DNA of 55,584 nt, taken from assembly GCF_004010195.1 (NCBI RefSeq), contig NC_057718.1, positions 68,496,401 through 68,551,984 on the forward strand. Direction: 5' to 3'. Shown here in pieces: positions 13,242 to 26,600 of the stretch. A program made the position numbers and the translations under genes. How positions within the stretch are numbered: position 1 is the stretch's first letter; every line of letters begins with the position of its first letter. The notes under the pieces were generated by a model. It was given only the letters and a program-made list of their open reading frames with translations, was not told where the DNA came from and ran no database searches. This DNA is from Chiloscyllium plagiosum (taxonomy: Eukaryota).

Positions 13242-13745
13242 TTGAAAGACCCAATACAGACATCAAGCAAAACTAATGTCATTTGCAAAATACTGTGCAA
13301 GAACTGTAACAAACACTACATTGGACAAACAGCCACCAAGGATACATAAACATCAACTAGCCACAAGATGACATGACCCTCTCTCACTAGTATCCTTACA
13401 TACAGATAAAGAAGGACACCACTTCGTCTGGGACAACACATCCATCCTAGGACAAGCCAAACAGACATGCACGAGAATTCCTACAGGCATGGCATTCCAA
13501 CTGGAACTCTATCAACAAAACACATTGCAATTTTCCACCCCTGAGAAAAAGAACAGGAAATGACATCACCAACCCAAGGAAAGCCAAACATATAAATAGA
13601 AAGCAGTAAACACCAGCAGTCTTCGTCTGGAGGCACACTGAAGATGTTACCTAGTATGGTGATGAAACGTCTGAAAATGAATCTACCAGCTCAGCGAGCA
13701 AACCTACATCCAGAACTTCACCGAGCTACAAATCTTTTCAAAACG
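13242..13745 (+). mobile_element. Degenerate PLE (Penelope/Poseidon-type) GIY-YIG and 3' end
   Basis: KTNVICKILCKNCNKHYIGQT-like sequence, homologous to the better-preserved copy at 29844-30336. Confidence 0.8.
13636..13673 (+). ncRNA. Minimal type I hammerhead ribozyme motif (PLE-associated)
   Basis: CUGAAGA core at 13638, stem II GUUACC/GGUGAU, then GAAAC-GUC and a short stem I CA/UG. Confidence 0.55.
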
Positions 13746-15722
13746 TGATATGAGCATTTAGGTGAAGTCAAAGTGAATGAGCGCTATGAAACAAGAGTCC
13801 ACAGATACAGCCTGACCCAGTTGATGACCTACGTGCGTATGTCCTTGAGCACCGTGTCCTTGTTACAACACTACAATGGTAGTTCTTGGTGCAGCATTAA
13901 AGTGCAGATGCATCCTAAATGGATTGGAGATGTACCATGAGAATTCTTAGAGCTGGGGCATATATCAGATGCGAATGTTCATGTATGCGGGTGTGGCTAG
14001 TGCTCACTGAGCATGCCTGGTGTCCAATATCAAGGTTCTTTAGACCAAGTGGCAGGTTGAAGTCACCAGATACACACTTTTCTCCATATTGAGTTTTCTC
14101 AATATTTATCTTGTATGGTGAGTTTGATATTCAGATTTCTTTCTTCCTGATGAGGTGAGTTGGCTTGTCAATAAGACATTTAATAAGAAATAATCCCTTT
14201 TAGTTAGCAAATTACCACTGCTGTTGTCACAATCACAAAAGATGAAACAAGAAACTCCTGATATTAAGGTCAACCTTGACGAACTACTTGTTTGATTCTG
14301 CCAAAAATCTCACCAGACCCCACCTTGCTCAGACCCTATAAGATTCAGATAATACTGTTTTAAAAAAAAAATGGTGCATATCTCAGGAAATCCTGCCCCT
14401 CTTTGCTCCTCATACTATTATGATCTCAACTTTTTTTGGAAGAATTGGGGTCTCCTGGTTACCTCTGTCAGTGGAGTCTAGGAATCTACTCTCACTTTAA
14501 GAAGGAGCATAGAACTTTGTGTTCCTTGCTCTGTTCAATCACCCCATGATCTTTGGATGTTATGATCTGCCTGTACTGCATGCAAAACAAAACTTTTTAC
14601 TGTACCTAGATATATTTGGCAATAATAAATTAATAAATCAAGTTAATCAGATCAATTGTCTCTTTACCAGCTTGCTTAAGGTCTTAGCGATCATGCATGA
14701 TCAAATGTAGTTGTACTAATTTCTGTCATGCAATAAACCTTCTTGTTATCTAAGAATAATACCTTTTCTGATTTCTATGGTGTTGCATCCTCTACTAGTA
14801 ATCACCAGATAGGCTCAAGACAAAGCAGGATTGGCAGCAGCAAACTACCTTAGAAAACCCTTATCTACATACTGGTAGAGGTTGCAGATTCACAAGTAGT
14901 CAGCACTGGTCATCTGAGAAAATAGTGCAGACAATTCAAGAGAAACAGGTTTGTAAGAAATTCTTCTCTGACCTCAGTTCGATAATTGTTTGTCACATTG
15001 ATGCCCTGTTCCACCCCAAGATGAGATTTGGAACACGTACAGTACAATCACTGAAAATATCTATTTCCACCTCCACAACATCTCATTGCTCTGCCACATT
15101 GCTACTCCCTTACTGATGAAGCCTTCACCCATACCTGTCTTATCTCCAGACTTTACTATTTTAATGCAGCTAAGTGCCATACAACAGGCTAATGTAAATT
15201 TGAGATTTTCCAAAGCTCTGCCAGCCATGTCCTCATTCACTGACCTATGAATTAGCATTTTGATTTTAAAATTCTATTTTTTGTTTTCAACTCCTCATAC
15301 AAACTCCACTTTTGCAATCTTAATAATCTGTAGCCCTACAATATCTTGTATTGTCAACTCTCTGAATTCTTGCAAATACGGCCCTCTGAATGTCCTCAAT
15401 TTTAAGTGTTCCATTATTGGTAGACCTGCCTTTATTATCCAAGGCCATAAATTCTGAAATAAACTACCTGAGCCAGTCTATCTTTCCTTTTTTTTTGAGA
15501 CAATTCTTTACACCAAATGCTTTAACCAACCTCACTAATATCATCTTACGTGGCTCAGTGCCAAATTTTGGGAAATTACTGGAGCAATGCCTTGTGTTGT
15601 TTTACTGTGTTATAATTACAAAATGTTGTGATAACTTTCACATTCACCAGGTGAATTACAGAATTAACCTCTCATGTCTTTTTTGGATGCATTTCATTTT
15701 CATTCCTTGACTCACTCGTTAC

Positions 15723-15825
15723 TGTGCTGGAAGCAGTTGTTTGTTTCTTCTCTGTTTGGTCGATTCTTGGCCTGTCAGGATTTCACACATACCTAATCAG
15801 CTCAAATCAGACAACAAATGAAGAT
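15723..15825 (+). CDS. zdhhc14: ZDHHC14 coding exon (103 bp): last transmembrane helix and TTxE motif
   Basis: Reads [34 protein letters not shown], including the DHHC-family TTxE motif. Donor GAT|gtaagt. Confidence 0.95.
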
Positions 15826-16813
15826 GTAAGTATTTGTTTCATTGCATGCAAAGAAAATAGTTTAAGCAAATATCAAGAATGAGCATTAAAATATATCAGC
15901 TTATAATGTGATTAAGAACTAATGTGAAAGAAAACAATTATAGACAAGTAGAATATTTAGCTGACATTGATAATACAAGTCAAATAATTGAAGTGTTGTC
16001 CTGAATACAGGCTTAAAATATTCTGAAATGAGCACTGTGGTCAGGTCTAATGTCTAGCATTGATTGGACAAATCCAGTTTCTACATTTTTATTTCAACTA
16101 AAAGGTTGCATTATATTGTACTTTGGACATATCTGTTCTGTAATAAAAGGTAGATACATCATATAAAGGAGTATCAGAGTATACTAATGTCAGCTAGTCA
16201 GGTTGAGCTTAATGGACCAAAGATCTTTTTCAGCAAGTCATTGTATGTATGTAATGTGAATGCACAGGTTTGGTTCCTATGCATTGGTTAATATGATATA
16301 TCCTTATAAGATATATTAGAGGGCAGAAAATCTGTTAATCTTATATTTTGTCATAATATTACTGACACTGTGCACTCAATGATTAATTATTAAGGCAAGG
16401 TCTTGAGCAAAATTGAATCCAAAGTGAAAATTAGAAGCTTAAAAGTGTGTGTCTGATAAGGGTTGTCACATACTGCTTGAAATTTGCTTTTCAAATTAGC
16501 TTTGTTGGGATTGCATACATTTGCTTCAACACTTACTGCTATAGTTCAATATGTTATTTAAAAGAACTAATGTTAGTACTTCATACTCGTTGATTCACCC
16601 GATATGGCATAAATTTTATAGTTGACAGCAATTACTTCAATTTATTAAGTCATTTTGTAGTGGTAAATTTCATGTTTCTATTAAAGAGTGAAATTGAAGG
16701 GTACAATGGTTAAAATTATTGAGACTTCTTTAAGTGTTTCGATCCAATTTGTTGAAAATTAAATGCTTTGTGTGAACTATTCTTAATGGTTGGTTTTAAT
16801 TTTGTCCTTGCAG

Positions 16814-16923
16814 ATTAAAGGATCCTGGTCAAACAAAAGAAGCAAAGATAATTACAATCCATATAGCTATGGAAACATCTTCACAAATTGTTGTGCAGCT
16901 TTGTGTGGGCCATTGCCACCGAG
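16814..16923 (+). CDS. zdhhc14: ZDHHC14 coding exon (110 bp), PaCCT-motif region
   Basis: Acceptor ttttgtccttgcag|. Reads [36 protein letters not shown](S). Donor AG|gtggga. Phase 0 in, phase 2 out. Confidence 0.95.
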
Positions 16924-18546
16924 GTGGGAAATGATTGTGATGGGAAATAAATCATTGTTCAGAGATTTCCTTCCATTGTTTCTTTCCCTTTCAACACAAT
17001 AAGGAATATTAATTGAATAAAACTTGGATTTACATGAAGTTCTTTTTTAAATCCTCAAATGAGTTCAACATGTATAGTTATATTGTTAGGTTTCCACATG
17101 GTGGACTAGCTCTGTATAGCATTTACTTAAGAGTACAATTAATTTTTACAAACATGAATCAGCTTTCTAAAAGAAATCCTAATTGTTAATTACAAATATT
17201 TTTATGCATGTCAGTGAACTAAAATATTGTAGTTCTACTTTACTGGGACAAATCTTCCCGTGGAAAACCAGACTTCCACACTACCATAGCTCACAAAATG
17301 CACGCCGAAACCATACGTGATCTTCCAAAAAATTTAATCTCTTTGTTCAAGGGTCAGGTTAGCAAGCCGCAATGGAGTTCATGAGTAGTATGGATACAGA
17401 GAATGGCCAGTCAGAAGTCTTGTTCTCCAACAATTTAAAGGCTCGCTAAACGACACTACTCAGTCCTTTACTGTCATGTCATGCCATGCCATCTTGCATT
17501 TCCTGATGCCAATCCACACCCGTCACATTCCCCTGTGCCATCTCATTTTCCATCCCATCTCACATTTTTAATACAACCTGAGCCATCTCTATACCTCCAT
17601 GCCAAACTGTGATCTCCATGTATCTTGCGTAGCAACTCATCCAGTTCTCAGGAGCCATGTAATAGTAATGGAATTTGTTTTAAAATATTATTGGAAAATG
17701 CTTAAACCTCTAACATTATAAGAAAATCCTGAATTCAAATTCAATATCATTGATACCAGACCGGAAAAAAAGGAAATAAGGATATAATCCTTTAGATGTT
17801 TATTAGGCTTATGAACAAGCATCATATCAAAGATATCTGTGGTTATAGGTTTGTAAAGGTTACATTCATTCTTGGATCACTTGCTGGGCTGCAAGTTCAA
17901 ACCCAAACAATTATTCAGCATAGCTACAGATTTCATATTAAAAGCTCACTGATGGAACAGATTTCCATTTCAAAACAGGATACCCATCAATCAGTAAAAT
18001 CACAAGCAGGTGTAGATCTTTTTTTTCTTCTTTCAAAAGCAATGTTTTAACAGCCAGATCTGCCAATCCCATTAAATAAGAATACAGAAACGTGACAGTA
18101 GAATACATATTTTAATGCACCCTGCTACTTTGTTCTTTGGAAAACTTACTTGAATTCATAGTGCTGATTTTTATAGGTAATTAAATCAAATTAATGCTGA
18201 TTTTTTTTTTCAGAACGTCTTCACCCTGCCCACAAATATCAATTTGATTAAATTCAGAATATTTCAGCCTGAATTGTCTGTATTAACTTAATTCAACATA
18301 AATGGTTTAATTGCATTTCCAAGTCATAAATCATCAAGGTATTAGCATTAAATGATTACTTTTGAAAAACACATGAAGTACACTAAAAGAAAGATATATA
18401 ATTTGCTAATTCTTTCTAATGTTACAAAAGACTGGTCACTTTGCTGTTATAAGTGTCTCATAATCTTGAATAAGTCTGTTAATCTTATCCATAAGTAGAT
18501 TTTATAGTCAATTACTAACTTTACTTTACTTTTATTTTTTTAATAG

Positions 18547-18649
18547 TTTAATTGATCGAAGAGGAGCGATCCAGTCAGATACACCACAGTCAGTTGCGCC
18601 ACCAAATGGAATCACCACATATGGGGCCACACAATCTCAGAGCAACATG
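18547..18649 (+). CDS. zdhhc14: ZDHHC14 coding exon (103 bp)
   Basis: Long T-rich tract ending taatag|T. Reads LIDRRGAIQSDTPQSVAPPNGITTYGATQSQSNM. Donor ATG|gtagga. Phases match both neighbouring exons. Confidence 0.93.
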
Positions 18650-21600
18650 GTAGGATCCATGCCATAGTGTTGCTCACTGAGATCCTGTCATTGTTTATTT
18701 CCACCATCCTTTTCCATCTGTTTCAGTAGTACATTTCACCAATCCTAGAAAAAAACAAGTTATAGTAAGAACAGCCGTTCCAAGCCACCGTGATTAAAGA
18801 GGTGTCCTGCACATGAGAAAAGCCTTTTTGCTTCACAGAAATGTCAGTTTGACTAAAAACAACTGAAGAATGGAGAATGTGAATGTCATGGAGCCTTTCT
18901 AGTCACTCTGAGAGAATAAAGAAATGTGACCAGATGCCAATTGGTCCAGGCATAAAAAGTATTGAATTTTCTTCAGCATTCAGTTTTAATACAGTTTGAA
19001 GTCAGTTTCAGCTATGTAAAACTGTTTTATACATTTGGAAAAAAGGATGGCCTGCATCTGAGCCTAAGTACAATCTGAGAGAGAGAGAGAATATGAAATG
19101 CAATTTGCATCTTGAAGAAGGGGCAGAACAATATTTTAGGCGGATTCATAGTCTGCCACATTTGCACCTGGGTAAATTTTGTAGTCGAACTTAATTATTT
19201 GAGTCTCCATAGTTAATATTTGGCTTTGAATTATATCGAATTTACATTACATGGCAACGCAGAAACCGACGATTTAGCCCCAATGGTTTGTGTTGATGTT
19301 TACATTCCAAGAAAGAGCTTCTGTCTTCCTAGTTCACCTAACATTGTGTGCACATCTTTCAATTTCTTTCTTCTGCTACTCATCTAACTTGCCCTTTCTG
19401 GCACCTATGGGATTCATGTCAACTGGTCGAAGTGATAGTAATTTCCACAACCATTTACTGGATAGAAAAGATTTTTGATTTTTTTTCTGGATTACATACT
19501 GGATTTATTAAAACCAATCATAATTTCAAAGATCTCTTTTGGGTCATACTTTAGCCTTCTCTTGGTTTCAGATAACAGCCTCAGCCTGATTATTTTTGCT
19601 CCTAACTCATACAGTGTCTCAATTCAAGTATTACTTATGTAATTTTATTTCTCTGTTTCAGTGCCTCTATATCTTTCTCTAATACAGAGACCAGAACTGC
19701 ATAAAGTATTCCAAATATGGTCTAAGGCCCTGTAGAAGTCTAATATAACTGATTTTCAATTCCATTCATCCTTCTAGAAATTAATACAAGTGTTTTATTA
19801 GCATTTTTATGACTTTGTGAATTTGTGTTGCTATGTTTAATGATTTGTCATTATGTACTTTGATTCTTTTGCTCCACCTACACAATTTAAGTTAGTATTT
19901 TTTCAAAGCAAATCACCTCCTTATTCTTGCTATTACAATGTAGCACCTCATTTTTTCCATATTGAAACCATCTTGCCACTTATTGCTAATGCTGCATTGT
20001 ATTTTGTTGAATTTTTTTGCACTATTGCGTGCACCTCAGTTTGATGCCATTCATAAATTTTGAAAGTGCATTTCTGACTCTAAATCATTTCTGTACTGTT
20101 TACTTCCACTCGTGTGTTCAGTTACCTTTAAGCCCTACTCTCTTCTGCCTTTTAGATTGCTGTCCATCTGCTACTTGTCCCCTGACTCCATGTGTGCTGA
20201 ATGTAATAACAAGTTTATTGTGAAATAAATATATCAACAGAGCTTTTTAGAAATTCAACTATACTGCCATTACCCATGCATATTTATTCTGTAATTTCAA
20301 GTAAATCAGTAAGGTTGGTCAATTAAGATGACCTTCCCTTTTGATCTCCAAGTTGAATTTTGTTTTAAATTTTAGTTTCTATATTGTGGTACAGTATAGA
20401 AGAGGCCGTTTGACCAATTAATTGAACTCCCCTGTGTTTCCTCACTAGCCTGCCAAGTATTTGTTTCAAGTATGTATTTCCTTTTGATAGTTGCATTGAA
20501 TCTTCTTCCATTATCTTTGAAGATGGCATGTTCTAAACTGTAACAACTTGCTGCATAGATTCCCCTCTTCTCACATCTGATTCTTTGCCAATCATTTCTG
20601 TCAGATGTATCATGACAAAATTCATGAATTTGAGCACTTCTATTAAATCCCCCCCTAACTGCTTCCACTCTAAAAGAGAACATTTCTATCTTCTCTAGCT
20701 TCTCTGGTAACTCCATATTCTTCCGAATATGCAATGCACAGAATCGGACACAATACTCCAGTTGAGACTTAATTATTTGATTTATGCAAGTTTACGTTTT
20801 CTTTTTAATTGCACATTTAGTTCATTTAGCAATACCTCAAGCTGCAGGATGTATTATAAGTTACTCAAATCATAAATCATTTTTTAAGTCTGGATACTGA
20901 ATTATTAGAAGACTTTGTTATTTAGGGCAATAATTGTGGTAATTTGATTTATGTCTCACTATGTCTGCTCCATTAGGATGAAAACGTTCACCCACCTTAT
21001 AGTTCAGGGAACAAAGACCTTTTAATATGATTGCAAAGTTCTTTACAAAGTAAGATTTAGTGTGAATTCAATTTTTTTCTACATGACTTCCATAAATAGT
21101 TTGCAAAATTAACTTGTTGCATTCTTGTTTTTCTGCAACTAGTGATGTTTAGAACAGCTTTTTTTAAAATGTCAATTGACATGGTTTTTGTCAGTCTTGC
21201 AGCATTCTATACAAGGCTATTGCTGAACTCTAATATGAAACTATGTACGCCTTGGAAGAAATTTTCACTTATAAGGCAAACTTAATCCGCTTCAGTTCTT
21301 GGGCAGCTATGGAACGGTTTTGGAGAATTATCGGCATTTAGGTAATGGAAGGAATATTTAGAAGCTAGAGTGCAATTTCAACTTGATCAGTATTTAAACA
21401 CACTTTATGCTGTGGAAAATCTTAAGCCAGTCATTACATGAGAGTCCTTAGTCGCTAAGATGGGAAATCTCTCAGCAGCAAATCTACGTTTAGACCAAGA
21501 ATCCTTTTGGCTAACTTGAAGCAGCATTCCCTTCAGGGAAAAGACAAGAAAAATTGTTTATCCTATGAACTAGAGTAAAACTGAATAGAGGAAAATAGAG

Positions 21601-23279
21601 GTGCAGTTTTTGTTTTTAACTGTATCTATATATTTTTGGCACAATAAGTTGTGAATATACCAAGAAGGTAGAAAATTAGAGAAGCTAGTTGTGCAGTATC
21701 ATGGTAACGTGTAAAAGAGAAATACTTTTTGCATTTCGCACTGCCTTTCATTACCTCAAGATATCCCAAATTGCATTGCAACCAATAAACTACTTTTGAT
21801 GGAAATGTGGCTGTTAATCTGTGCACAAAATATTCCCACAAACAGTGGGAACTAGATAATCTGTTTTAGTGGTGGTGGGTGCAATGAAAAACATCTCTCA
21901 AAATTTGATTGGGTGCTTTTAAAAAAAACAAATGCTAACTGCATTCATTGCTGCATGTGATAATTTGTATTCTTCTGTGTGGATAGCTTAAAACCAAATC
22001 ATCACTTGAGTTCCAAAGGAATTTCTCATTCTTATTCTTTTGACTATTGATCACTTAATTGAGAGACTAACATACCTGTTAACAATTTTCACCTTGGTTT
22101 CAAGTAGCTGAATTTATATTTCACATAGCTTTATTTACTTGTGCCATAAATCAGCCTTCCCTGTGAATTCCACAGGGATTCTCCTAAACAACATTTCCTA
22201 AACTTCTCATTTTTTAAATGAGAAGTTAGCAATAAGTGGGAGAGGGGTGGCTGGTGGTTGGAGTATTTAAATAGCTATCAACAATCTTTCCTGAAATTCC
22301 ACAAGTTACAGGGGGAGCTTTGGGGAAACTCCATGGAAACTTTCCTCCAGTAAATGAAAAGTGAATTAAAATGTCGCATTACTTTGATATGAAAGTTTGA
22401 TATTATTGCATCTGGCTTCCATTTGTTATTGTTGACAGTATTTCTTTCATACGTGTGCCATTTGGAATCTGCTCATCCATTTGTGAAGACATTTCAACTA
22501 TTTGTTTAGATATTTAGCATATAGTTTACTGCAATATCTATACAAATTGCTTGAAAACTAAATAACAACTTTCATTTTATTAATACAGCTTGTACCATAC
22601 AGGATACAACCAATATTAAGCATCAGTGTACATGAATTAACAATGAGACATATGTAATCCTGTAACACCTAACATATGTGCAATGTAAGCCTTTGCTTGA
22701 TGCAAACTATATTTGTTGTTTTTTAAGGATAAGAAACCTTCTAATGTGTTCTATATAGACTGTTATTTAAAAACAAAGTCCACGCCAATTTCCATCTTTA
22801 AGGTGCTTTACATTTATGGGAACAAATTAAATTAGCCAAAATCAAAAAAGTGCTTCTGTACATCTAAGAGTACTTGATTTTAGAGCTGTATTTGACAAGG
22901 TTACTGGACCAAATCTTTTCATTATATATTTTGAGCTGTCACTAAATATTTGTAACAACGTACATTTCATGACAACATCCTAAATGTTTGACTTCTAATG
23001 ATCAAGACGTGTCTAACGCTTTATTCACTAATTTTCCAAGTATGGCAGAATGAGTATAAAACAAAAATGCACTTTTTGGTCCTGACACTTTTCTTAAAAC
23101 AAACTAACAATAATTAGTGAAGGGTTACAGGAAGTAATGTGAATAAAATATTTATCATGAAATTCTTACAAGTCTTCCCCAAGGGACATAGCAAGATTAT
23201 TTGTTTCATGTCCTGTCCTGTGCATAAGCTTCCAAGAATTTCTCAAATTTAACTTCTTCAAGGCTCAGGGTGACCTCTA

Positions 23280-23660
23280 AGGCTGAGGGGTGACCTTATA
23301 AAGGTTTCTAAAATCATGAGGGACATGGATAGGGTAAATAGACAAGGTTTTTTTCCATGGGTTGGGTGAGTCCAGAACTAGAGGGCATAGGTTTAGGGTG
23401 AGAGGGGAAAGATTTAAAAGTTACCTAAGGGACAACCTTTTCACGTTGAAAGTGGTGCGTGTGTGGACTGAGCAGCCAGAGGAAGTGGTACAATTACAAC
23501 ATTTAAAAGGCATCTGGAGGGGTTATGAAGAGGTAAGGTTTAGAGGGATATAGACCAAGTTCTAGCAAATGGGACTAGGTTAGGTTAGGATACCTGGTCG
23601 GCATGGACAAGTTGGACCAAGGGGTCTGTTTCCTTGCTGTACATCTTTCTGACTTTATTG
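23280..23660 (+). mobile_element. CR1/HER1-like LINE 3' fragment
   Basis: GESRTRGHRFRVRGERFK..LRDNLFT..VVRVW. The tail is homologous to 11220-11590. Confidence 0.85.
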
Positions 23661-26600
23661 ATTCCATCAGGTCACTGTTTGCTAAAGTAATTTTTGTTTG
23701 CCTGAAAAAGTAAACCAATCAAAAAAAATCTTTCATGAGAAAACCTTGGTTCCAGAAATGGAAAATGGTTCAGCTTCGTGGTTAAGTTCAGTTTAAAAAA
23801 AAATGCAAGTTACAGAGATTTACAGCAAATGCCTTCAGCCTGCTGTACCCACACCAGTCAAAAACAACCTTTAACTCTTCTAATCCCATTTTCTAGCACT
23901 TGGCCCGTAGCTTTGTATGCCTTGGCATAACAAGTGCATGTCTAAATACTTGTGTTTTGAGGGTTTCTATCTGTACCATCTGTACAGGCAATGAGTCCAT
24001 ATTCCCATTATTCTCTGTGTGAAAAAGGTTTTCCTCACATCATCTCTAATACTTAAATCCATGCCCCCTTGTCATTAATACCTCCATCACGGGGAAAAGT
24101 TGCTACCTGTCCACGCTATCTATGCCACTCATAATTTTATACATCTCAAATTGTGTCCCCTCATAATCTCCTCTGCTCTAAGGAAGACAGCCCCGAACTG
24201 TCCAATCTCTCTTCCTGACTGAAACACTTTATCCACTTCTCCCTTAAGGACCAGTATGCGTGCACACCAAAGTCCCTCTGATCCTTTGTACTTCCCAGAG
24301 TCATTTATTCTCTTGCCTTGTTGCCCAAGTCCATCACTTCACATTTATCTGAATTGAATCTGACTCTTTTCTGAATGCTTAAATATGGAGGTCAGAAATG
24401 AAATTAATATAAACCACTGGGAAATAAGAGAAAACCTTCAGCAAATAAAGCATTTTTAAGTGTATGTTATTGCTGCAGCGATAAGCGTTTTGGTGTAATC
24501 GCAGAAGCATTATTGCTGTTATGAAAGTCATTCTGAACCTTAGTGCTTTTATAGTTAAACAGTTGGCTTGCTCAAGAAGTTCATAATTTCCTGCAGATAC
24601 CAATACTGTCAGGGTCAAAACTGTAATTTTTAGATGAGGCTCTTATTTACAGAGATTACTGATATTTTTGAAAATTCAGATGTTTGGGCTTCTGCCTTAG
24701 TCATATTTTTATGCCACAGTTGGAACTGAAATTATCTTTTCTACTATGTATGTGTTAGTTCCAACTGTAATCTCTATTTGCACTGCAACAATGTTGGAAT
24801 TGCATTATGAACTTTCACATGCCCATTTAAAAGACCCAATTGTTTCTTTTGTGTAAAGAAACAATATTACAAGAAGGGTTTTTGTGCCACAGATCTCAGT
24901 CAGGAGGCCCAGGTTAAAATCCCATCTGAGGTAAGTAGAACATCCTTGACAGTTTGATTAAAAAGAAACTACAGGGAGGTGAAGAATTGTTTTTCATATT
25001 GTGACATCTGGATTTTGTTTGGTTTAGTTTACCTAAGTTTGTTTCGACTGCCTTAAGTGTTTGTACTGCAGCATTATGATGTTAAAGTTACATGTTTTTA
25101 TAATGTTGCCAAATAAATCATAGTAAATTATTACCTATTTTTATAGCATTACGAGCAGGCCACCTAAAGAGAGACATACATTGATTGCAAACATAAAAGT
25201 AAGTTGTCTATCTGGGTTTTTTTTGTATTTGATTTAACATTGGCTTGTTAAGTTGATAAATATAAATCGAATACATGCCAATTTTTAGAATCAAAATTTT
25301 CCTGGCTCTGTCATGGAAAGCTGCCGATCTCACTGTGGCCTATACTTGCAATAAAAAAAGTCAAAGTTATTATTGCACAGAAGAAGGTAATTGAGCTTAT
25401 CGAGTGCATGCTGACTGTCTGTTGAGCAATCCAATCAGCACTATTCCCTCAGTTTGACCCTGTATCCCTTCAAACATATTTATTTCAGTGTTCATCCAGT
25501 TTTATAATCTTCATCATTTCTGTTTCCACCACCTTCATATTGCCTTGCTAACTACGTTTTCAAAATGCCACATCAGTTCCAAAGACAGATGTCCATGAAC
25601 CTTCAGATTCTTCTGTCCTTGTACAATGTTTAAAATACTGCTGTTAAGTCCATATTGCTTCTTCCTACCCTTTCTGATGAAATTTATCCCCTTGCATTTC
25701 TTTATGTTAAACTTCAATTGTTACTTGTTTATCTGTACGGCTAGCTTACCTGTGTCTGTTTGCAATTGTCTCTGTCTGCCACATCTGATTGGATATAAAG
25801 TGCTCTAAATTAAACTTCGTTCTTGTTATTTTCACTTTACAAAACAACCACACAGATTCTTTAATTTCTGTTATTCTCTTTCATTCATCATGCTATGAAC
25901 CACTTTACATGTAAGAACGCATTTGATTATTTTAAGTGTTTCTTCACCAGTTGACATTCAAACAAAATTATCTTATATTTAACCAGAATGCTGAAATACT
26001 TGGTGATTCCATTTGTTTCCTCTTTCCCATAATCTAACCCTGAATATGATAAGTTTATAATAGGTATTTTGCAAATGTGTCTACATCCACAATATATTAA
26101 ACTTACTAAGTCTAAATAACGTACTCTTGTGCCAACTCTTTCCTGCTAATAAATTGCTATGACCACACTTACAATAGAAATAACCAATCTATGCTTACCT
26201 TACTATACCATAATAACATCCTTCACCAATGGTGAAGTTGTAGTGTTTCAGTTTTGTATCCCAGAGCTCTTCAACCTGCACACAGATGCATGCAGCTATC
26301 AATTTGCTCCACTTCCCAGATGTCTTTAAGATTAACATTCACTATAAATGCAATGCAATGGCAGTATTATGTAAGTCTGATGAATTAGAGACTGATTTCA
26401 TATTGTGCCAATTATACTCCCCATGTCTCACTCCACTTCCTCAAATTACTGCATTTGACCTTGACACCCCAGTTGGAAAACTGATCTAATTGGAACAGAT
26501 AGATGAGGTTTGACTGGATTGATAGTTGTCCTCCTGGCTGAAGTATCTCAAACACAGTATATTCTCAGAATAAGGGCTGATTATTTAAGGCTGAGATATG

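Larger units (their letters stand above)
3138..15722 (+). other. zdhhc14: U12-type (minor spliceosome) AT-AC intron of zdhhc14, 12,585 bp
   Basis: 5' splice site ATATCCTTT at 3138-3146. Branch site TTCCTTGAC at 15703-15711. Terminal AC at 15721-15722. Joining AG|T gives Ser and keeps the frame DSPAS-VLEAVV. Confidence 0.93.

Noticed and set aside
18650..18667. Read-through of the exon donor giving ...NMVGSMP*
   Set aside because: Any intron start yields such a short frame, and nothing supports intronic polyadenylation here.
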